A stretch of DNA of 64,000 nucleotides, taken from Marispirochaeta sp. Lineage in GTDB: Bacteria > Spirochaetota > Spirochaetia > JC444 > Marispirochaetaceae. How positions within the stretch are numbered: position 1 is the first letter of the stretch; every line of letters begins with the position of its first letter. The notes beneath the pieces were generated by a model. That model had not been told where the DNA came from and searched no databases. It saw only the letters and a program-made list of their open reading frames with translations. Position numbers and translations under genes: made by a program. This document shows positions 58,612-64,000 of this stretch, in pieces. The stretch covers positions 192,001 to 256,000 of the forward strand of contig CAXXFF010000003.1 in NCBI GenBank assembly GCA_963676835.2, written 5' to 3'.

Positions 58612-59088
58612 CTATAAGGACCAGGTTTTCTGCGCGTTGTTCAAATCTATTTTTCCACTTTCAATATCAATAGAGACAGTCCTGCTGATATTGCCGCCGA
58701 CATCCTCGGCTATGGCACCAAGACCGGATTTCCATAATGCCCTTTTTACTGCAATAACGTTCCGCCGGCCGATATCAAAGGTTTTTTTCTCATCCATAAT
58801 AGAAGCCCCACCGGCAAGTTTTATCTGCGCACGCCTCTGGTTTCCACCGATGGCGGTAAATTTCTGCAATAGAACAGGAATGCCTGTATCAGCAAAATAG
58901 CCGGGCTTCTTTGCTGCTTTCTCCGCGTTTATCTTTGATTCAGGAAGCGCTATATGGATCATACCTGAGGCTTTTGATGCTTTGTCATATATCATTACTG
59001 CCACACATGATCCGAGCGCATAGGTTTTTATGGTGTCCCCGGGTGTCTTACCAACAAACATTTCGCCAATGCCAACATCGTGTCTCAT
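58612..59088 (-). CDS. cheD: Chemoreceptor glutamine deamidase
   Basis: ALGSCVAV, HIALP, KLAGGA, IGRRN, EDVGG. Confidence 0.93.
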   Translation of the reverse strand: MRHDVGIGEMFVGKTPGDTIKTYALGSCVAVMIYDKASKASGMIHIALPESKINAEKAAKKPGYFADTGIPVLLQKFTAIGGNQRRAQIKLAGGASIMDEKKTFDIGRRNVIAVKRALWKSGLGAIAEDVGGNISRTVSIDIESGKIDLNNAQKTWSL

Positions 59089-60131
59089 TTTTTCTTCCCC
59101 TGCAGATGTTTAAAAATAGCAGCAGGAACTTCCGCAAGCGGCGTGAGAGTATCCGCAGCACCCAGTTCAAATGCTTCTTTGGGCATTCCGAATACCACGG
59201 AAGAGGCCTTATCCTGCACTATTGTTTCTGCACCATTATCGCGCATCTCTTTCAGGCCTCTGGCGCCATCCCGCCCCATACCGGTTAAAAGAACGCCAAT
59301 GGCATTATTTCCGGCCTCTCCGGCAACAGATTCAAATAAAGCATCCACCGACGGACAATGGCCGTTAATATTAGGACCCTCTTTGCAGCTGACCGTATAT
59401 ATTCCCCCTGACCGTTTCAGACGCATATGTTTACCCCCCGGAGCAATAAGAACCTGACCGGTAATAACACGGTCACCATCTTTGGCTTCGGCAACTTCAA
59501 CCCGGGCAAGATCGTTCAGCCTTTCCGCAAACATGGCGGTAAATTTGGGCGGCATGTGCTGAACAATAAGCGTTCCGGGAGTATCCGGGGGAAACTCCTC
59601 TATAATCTGCCTTAAAGCCACTGTGCCTCCGGTGGAAGCCCCGATGGCAATAAGTTTATCTGTCCCTCCGCTCAGATGAGTACGCTTCTGTGATTTGATA
59701 TGCACAGGGTTGTTCCTGAAACGACTGACATCGACAAAAGCGGCAACCTTTACTTTATGTATCAGCTCACTGAACATTTCATCCAGGCGGTTTCCGAAAC
59801 TTGAAGAAGGTTTAAGCACAAAATCCACCGCTCCGAGTTCCAGTGCCTCCAGGGTAATGTGAGCTCCCGGAGCGGTCAGAGCAGATACCATAACCACCGG
59901 CAGAGGATACTGGGGCATTAATCTTCGCAGAAAATCCACCCCGTCCATTTTTGGCATCTCGACATCAAGAGTCAGAACATCCGGTTTTTTATATACAATC
60001 AGATCTCTTGCAACATAGACATCAGGTGCAGCACCGACAACCTCTATTTCCGGATCTCTGGAAAGTCCCTTTGTCAGGAAATCACGGGCAAGTGCCGAAT
60101 CATCAACAACAAGTACTTTTATTTTTGCCAT
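59085..60131 (-). CDS. cheB: Chemotaxis methylesterase
   Basis: Receiver domain plus GASTGG, VQHMP, LTGMGRDG. Confidence 0.96.
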   Translation of the reverse strand: MAKIKVLVVDDSALARDFLTKGLSRDPEIEVVGAAPDVYVARDLIVYKKPDVLTLDVEMPKMDGVDFLRRLMPQYPLPVVMVSALTAPGAHITLEALELGAVDFVLKPSSSFGNRLDEMFSELIHKVKVAAFVDVSRFRNNPVHIKSQKRTHLSGGTDKLIAIGASTGGTVALRQIIEEFPPDTPGTLIVQHMPPKFTAMFAERLNDLARVEVAEAKDGDRVITGQVLIAPGGKHMRLKRSGGIYTVSCKEGPNINGHCPSVDALFESVAGEAGNNAIGVLLTGMGRDGARGLKEMRDNGAETIVQDKASSVVFGMPKEAFELGAADTLTPLAEVPAAIFKHLQGKKK

Positions 60132-60133
60132 GG

Positions 60134-60982
60134 CTATCGTTCCCTTTTGCGGTATAAAGCAGGTTGTACATACTGGAAAACTTCAGATTCCCGGCCGAGT
60201 GTTTCTGAATGGCCAATAAACAGATACCCCCCAGGAACCAGATGTTTCGCAAATTGCTCCACCAGCCGATCTTTGGTAGGTTTGTCAAAATAGATCATAA
60301 CATTCCTGCAGAAGATCATATGAAACTGCCGGCGAAAAGGATACCTTTCCTGCATAAGATTGAGCCGCTTGTACAGAACCAGCGATTTGAGCTCATTTTT
60401 CACCTGATATGTCGTATCAGTGGTTTTTGTAAAATACCGGGTAAGATACTGTTTATCCACATTCTTAAGCCGTTCTGTGGTGTACAAGCCCTTACCGGCA
60501 GATTCCAGTACAGTCAGTGAAATATCTGTAGCAAGAATAACTTTATCCCGGAAAGGAATCCCCCCCTTAAAATGCTCAATCAACTCAATTGCCAGGGTAT
60601 ATGGTTCCTCACCGCTGGAACAGCCGGCAGACCATATTCTTAATTCATTGGGATCCTTGCTGTTCATCTGCGATGTAATCTCCGGAAGTATCCGTGAGCG
60701 CAGAACTGAAAAGTGCTCCTCTTCTCTGTAAAAATAGGTATGGTTGGTAGATATTTTATCCACCAGGGTCAGCAATTCTGCACCGGTGGAATCGTTTACG
60801 ACATAATCATAGTATTCCCTGAAACTGGTAAACCCCTTTGACCGGATGAGTTTATTAAGCCGTCCCTTTACCAGGGTAACTTTCCGGTCCGTCAGATTGA
60901 TACCGAAACGCTTGTAGACAAGCTCTGCTATATCCCTGAACTCGTCACCGGTAATTTCCATCAGTCCATACTGCTGATTCAA
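60134..60982 (-). CDS. cheR: Chemotaxis methyltransferase
   Basis: WSAGCSSGEEPY, ATDIS, IFCRNVMIYF, GHSE. Confidence 0.96.
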   Translation of the reverse strand: MNQQYGLMEITGDEFRDIAELVYKRFGINLTDRKVTLVKGRLNKLIRSKGFTSFREYYDYVVNDSTGAELLTLVDKISTNHTYFYREEEHFSVLRSRILPEITSQMNSKDPNELRIWSAGCSSGEEPYTLAIELIEHFKGGIPFRDKVILATDISLTVLESAGKGLYTTERLKNVDKQYLTRYFTKTTDTTYQVKNELKSLVLYKRLNLMQERYPFRRQFHMIFCRNVMIYFDKPTKDRLVEQFAKHLVPGGYLFIGHSETLGRESEVFQYVQPALYRKRER

Positions 60983-63501
60983 TCGAGTTCCTCGTTTACA
61001 ATTGCACCGATATCCAGAATAAGGCTTACCTCGCCTTCACTCATAATACTGCAGCCGGAGATTGCCCGCATGGAACCCATGTATTCCGGCAGTGCCTTTA
61101 CCACCATTTGACGATAACCGATGATCTCATCCACGAGAAGAGCAACACCCCGCCTTCCCGCCTGGGAAACAATAAGAATACCCTCATCTATGGCATCTAC
61201 AGCGTTGTTAATCTGAAAGAAATCAGCCAGACGTATAATCGGTATAAGAGATTTCCGTAAACGGAATACTTCGCGGTTATTATCTGTTGCGGTAACCTGA
61301 GCCATATCCGCCTTTTGAAAAGAAGTGACATCCGTTACAGGCAGACTATACAGCATATTTCCTACCCGTGCGGTAATGCCATCTATTATTGCCAGAGTCA
61401 GGGGAATCCGCAGGATAAATTCTGTGCCCGTACCCTCTTCGCTGCGAATGTCAATCTTACCTCTCAGCTTTTCGAGATTCTGCTTTACAACGTCCATACC
61501 GACACCGCGGCCTGAAATCTCGGATACCTGCTGTGCTGTGGAAAAGCCCGCTTCAAAAATCAGCTGATAGACTTCCTGATCCGACAAATCCGCCTCGGGA
61601 TCGATAATACCCCGTTCTCTGGATTTTTCGAGAATGCGTTCTTTTTTCAGGCCACCACCGTCATCCTGAATACTTATCCAGATCTCATTTCCCTCATACC
61701 GGGCGTCGAGGTAAACATTACCATCTACCGGTTTACCGATCTTTTTTCGCTGCTCTGTAGACTCTATTCCATGATCAATGGCATTACGAATAATATGCAC
61801 CAGAGGATCTGAAATTTCCTCCATTACATTCCGGTCCATTTCAGTCTCTTCACCGCTTATGTGAAGATTAACATTCTTGCCGAATTTTCGGGAAAGGTCA
61901 CGTACCAGTCTGCGCATTTTGTTGAACAGACCCTCCAGGGGTATCATGCGGATAGACATGGTAATTTCCTGCATTTCCCTGGTTATCTTCGACAGATAGG
62001 CAGATGCTTTCTGAAACTCCGGAAGGTCCAATGAAGCTACATCCGGATTATGCAGAACCATGGCCTCCGCGGTTATAAGTTCGCCCATCAGATCAAACAG
62101 CCGATCTAACCGGGTGGTATCAACACGAATATCCTTTCGCTTGAATCCGTACCCGGCGGAAGCTTCCGGAGCAGCCTCAGCCGGCCGTCCCTGCCTTTTA
62201 AGAGCCTTTTCTATACTTGCCTCATCGGTTACCCCTTCTGTAACCAGAAGCTCACCAAGTCGCATATTCTGCTTTTCCAGAGCCTTGTCTATCTCTGTAG
62301 CGGACGCCGCACCCATCTCTACAAGGAGTTCTCCCAGCGGTTTGGCATCTCCTTTTTCAAGGCGCTCATCAACGTAGGTTGCTTCCCTATCACCGCTCTC
62401 GCCGGGCTTTACCTCGCCATTCTGTATTTTCTGTAAACCGTAACGTATTTCATCCAGTGCAGATAATAAAGAAGAGATTACCGTATGCCGAATTGCCTGC
62501 TTATCTTTACGCATAAGATCCAGTACAGATTCAACATCCATACAAAGCTTCTCTATATATCCAAACCAGAAGAAACCGGAATTTCCTTTAATTGTATGAA
62601 TTGCACGAAAGGCTTCATCTATCAGGGGTAGAGGGCTTTCGGTAGATTCCACATCCAGAATTGCCTTCTCCGCACTGTCTATCAGATCTGAAGATTCGGC
62701 TACAAACTTTTCGATCATTTCAGGGGTAAAAAGTTCGTCATTCTTTCCTGCCCCTGCAGAAGCAGGACTGGACTCAGTGGATTCTTTTCCTGTCACAAGA
62801 GCTTCCAGCTTGGCTATAAATGAATCAATTGACACGCCTAACTCTACAACAGGGTCTGATCCCCCTGCCTTCCTGGCTTCACACTTTTCAGACAGGTCGT
62901 TTACAAGCTGTAAAACCAAATCTACTCCGGCCAGGAATGCATCGATCATTTCCGGAGTTACCGCAAGCTTTTCCTTTCTTACATCATCAAGGACAGATTC
63001 CATATGATGGCTTACAGTCTTGATTCTTCGCAGCCCGAGAAAAGACGAGACTCCTTTTATAGTATGCATGGAGCGGAAAACTTCATTTACCATTTCGGGA
63101 TCAACTGAAGTCTCCAGGGTAAGAATTTTTTCTTCTATGTTTTCCAGATGTTCCTGAGCTTCCACAATAAAAGATGAGAGGACATCAAGATCCTCCACCT
63201 CTTCCTCTTCGTAATCGCCGGAAGAGGCCTTTTCAGCCTGAGGTTCTTCTGACTGGTGCTTAACCAGCTTGTTCAAACCTTTAACAATACCGGACTTAAT
63301 GATATCTTCATCGCCGCCGGAAGATTGCTGAATGATTCCGGAAAATTCTCCTGCCAGGGTTTTTATCATATCAATATTTTCCGGTGCCAACGCAGGATCG
63401 TTCAGTACCTCTTTAAAGGCTTCTTCTATATCAATCCCTTCCACAAGATCACCGGGAATAAATGTTTCTACTCTTTTCAGGAGGTTTTTCAAGCTTTCCA
63501 T
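60979..63501 (-). CDS. cheA: Chemotaxis histidine kinase with two Hpt domains and MshEN-like motifs
   Basis: FRSMHTIKG and FRAIHTIKG, IRNAIDHGIE, GFST...SGRGVGMDVV, C-terminal CheW-like domain. Confidence 0.96.
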   Translation of the reverse strand: MESLKNLLKRVETFIPGDLVEGIDIEEAFKEVLNDPALAPENIDMIKTLAGEFSGIIQQSSGGDEDIIKSGIVKGLNKLVKHQSEEPQAEKASSGDYEEEEVEDLDVLSSFIVEAQEHLENIEEKILTLETSVDPEMVNEVFRSMHTIKGVSSFLGLRRIKTVSHHMESVLDDVRKEKLAVTPEMIDAFLAGVDLVLQLVNDLSEKCEARKAGGSDPVVELGVSIDSFIAKLEALVTGKESTESSPASAGAGKNDELFTPEMIEKFVAESSDLIDSAEKAILDVESTESPLPLIDEAFRAIHTIKGNSGFFWFGYIEKLCMDVESVLDLMRKDKQAIRHTVISSLLSALDEIRYGLQKIQNGEVKPGESGDREATYVDERLEKGDAKPLGELLVEMGAASATEIDKALEKQNMRLGELLVTEGVTDEASIEKALKRQGRPAEAAPEASAGYGFKRKDIRVDTTRLDRLFDLMGELITAEAMVLHNPDVASLDLPEFQKASAYLSKITREMQEITMSIRMIPLEGLFNKMRRLVRDLSRKFGKNVNLHISGEETEMDRNVMEEISDPLVHIIRNAIDHGIESTEQRKKIGKPVDGNVYLDARYEGNEIWISIQDDGGGLKKERILEKSRERGIIDPEADLSDQEVYQLIFEAGFSTAQQVSEISGRGVGMDVVKQNLEKLRGKIDIRSEEGTGTEFILRIPLTLAIIDGITARVGNMLYSLPVTDVTSFQKADMAQVTATDNNREVFRLRKSLIPIIRLADFFQINNAVDAIDEGILIVSQAGRRGVALLVDEIIGYRQMVVKALPEYMGSMRAISGCSIMSEGEVSLILDIGAIVNEELD

Positions 63502-63511
63502 GTTTTATCCC

Positions 63512-63874
63512 CTAGGATCCTGTAATCATTCTAATTACCTTAACAAGAGAGGGCGGATCAAAGGGCTTTACTATCCAGCCTTTTACCCCCAGGGCTGCAC
63601 CTTTTTTCTTTTTCTCTTCAGAACTTTCGGTGGTTAAAAAAATAATAGGTATTTTATCGGCGCCGCTGTTTTTCCTGAAAGCTTCAACAAATTGAAACCC
63701 ATCCATCTCAGGCATATTAACATCAACTACACAAGCATCAACTTTATTGGCCCCCGCCACATCCAGGGCATCCTTGCCGTTCACGGCCTCTATAATGGTA
63801 AAACCCTCCGGCTCTAACGCTTTCTTTACCAGAATCCGGATAGTATTGCTGTCATCAACACAAAGAATATTCAT
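63512..63874 (-). CDS. cheY: CheY response regulator
   Basis: CVDDS, DVNMPEMDG, LTTES, WIVKPF. Confidence 0.92.
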   Translation of the reverse strand: MNILCVDDSNTIRILVKKALEPEGFTIIEAVNGKDALDVAGANKVDACVVDVNMPEMDGFQFVEAFRKNSGADKIPIIFLTTESSEEKKKKGAALGVKGWIVKPFDPPSLVKVIRMITGS

Positions 63875-63897
63875 TATAAATCTCCTGAACTACTAAT

Positions 63898-64000
63898 CTA
63901 GAATAGTGTGATATCACCTTCAAGCTTATGCTTCCTTTTTGTCTGTTCCCGTTTCTCTATGTTACTTGTATCTTTCACGGAAAGGCCTATAACCTCCCAT
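63898..64000 (-). CDS. 3' end of an upstream gene cut by the window edge, possibly chemotaxis-associated
   Basis: Open frame ...KRKHKLEGDITLF-TAG; similar acidic-hydrophobic C-terminal tails occur on che-operon proteins. Confidence 0.5.
   Translation of the reverse strand, partial: WEVIGLSVKDTSNIEKREQTKRKHKLEGDITLF

Noticed and set aside
1..64000. Many short or antisense ORFs in the supplied track, such as 14789-15214, 23701-24309 and 33331-34071
   Set aside because: They overlap well-supported genes in other frames or strands and show no motifs
1..64000. CRISPR array, tRNA, rRNA, transposase, integrase or prophage genes
   Set aside because: No repeat-spacer periodicity, cloverleaf or recombinase/phage motifs seen by eye; a covariance-model scan could still find small RNAs

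Overview
Chromosomal segment of a bacterium that looks like a free-living spirochete (Spirochaetaceae-like; inferred from the Borrelia-type bS22 peptide, spirochete-type MetRS/SerRS, a FemAB-family transferase and a non-DNPR MurE). It is mostly housekeeping: ilvC, dxs, murD/murE/ddl, metG, serS, hflKC, dinB, glpK, trmL, proC and pncAB. It also holds a sugar-acid catabolism neighbourhood (TRAP transporter, kduD, split UxaA, FGGY kinase, 2-hydroxyacid dehydrogenase), two vapBC-type toxin-antitoxin pairs, and the 3' part of a chemosensory operon. A ~6 kb plasticity zone (about 26.8-32.7 kb) carries lipoproteins, gene remnants and a 173-bp duplication of a TA promoter. No rRNA, tRNA, CRISPR array, transposase, integrase or reverse transcriptase was seen. 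The most interesting signals are: (i) a queD-orphan DNA methyltransferase operon with a leader that can fold into two exclusive structures, like a riboswitch; (ii) a CheA with two His-bearing Hpt domains and tandem MshEN-like motifs, plus a separate stand-alone MshEN-like protein; (iii) a copied TA promoter and truncated antitoxin in front of an FGE-fold lipoprotein, inside a block bounded by a degenerate direct repeat; (iv) an Lnb/DUF4105 gene paired with a lysophospholipase-like lipoprotein; (v) small proteins missed by the ORF track (bS22 and a 47-aa four-Cys protein). All family assignments are from motif recognition by eye, not database searches.
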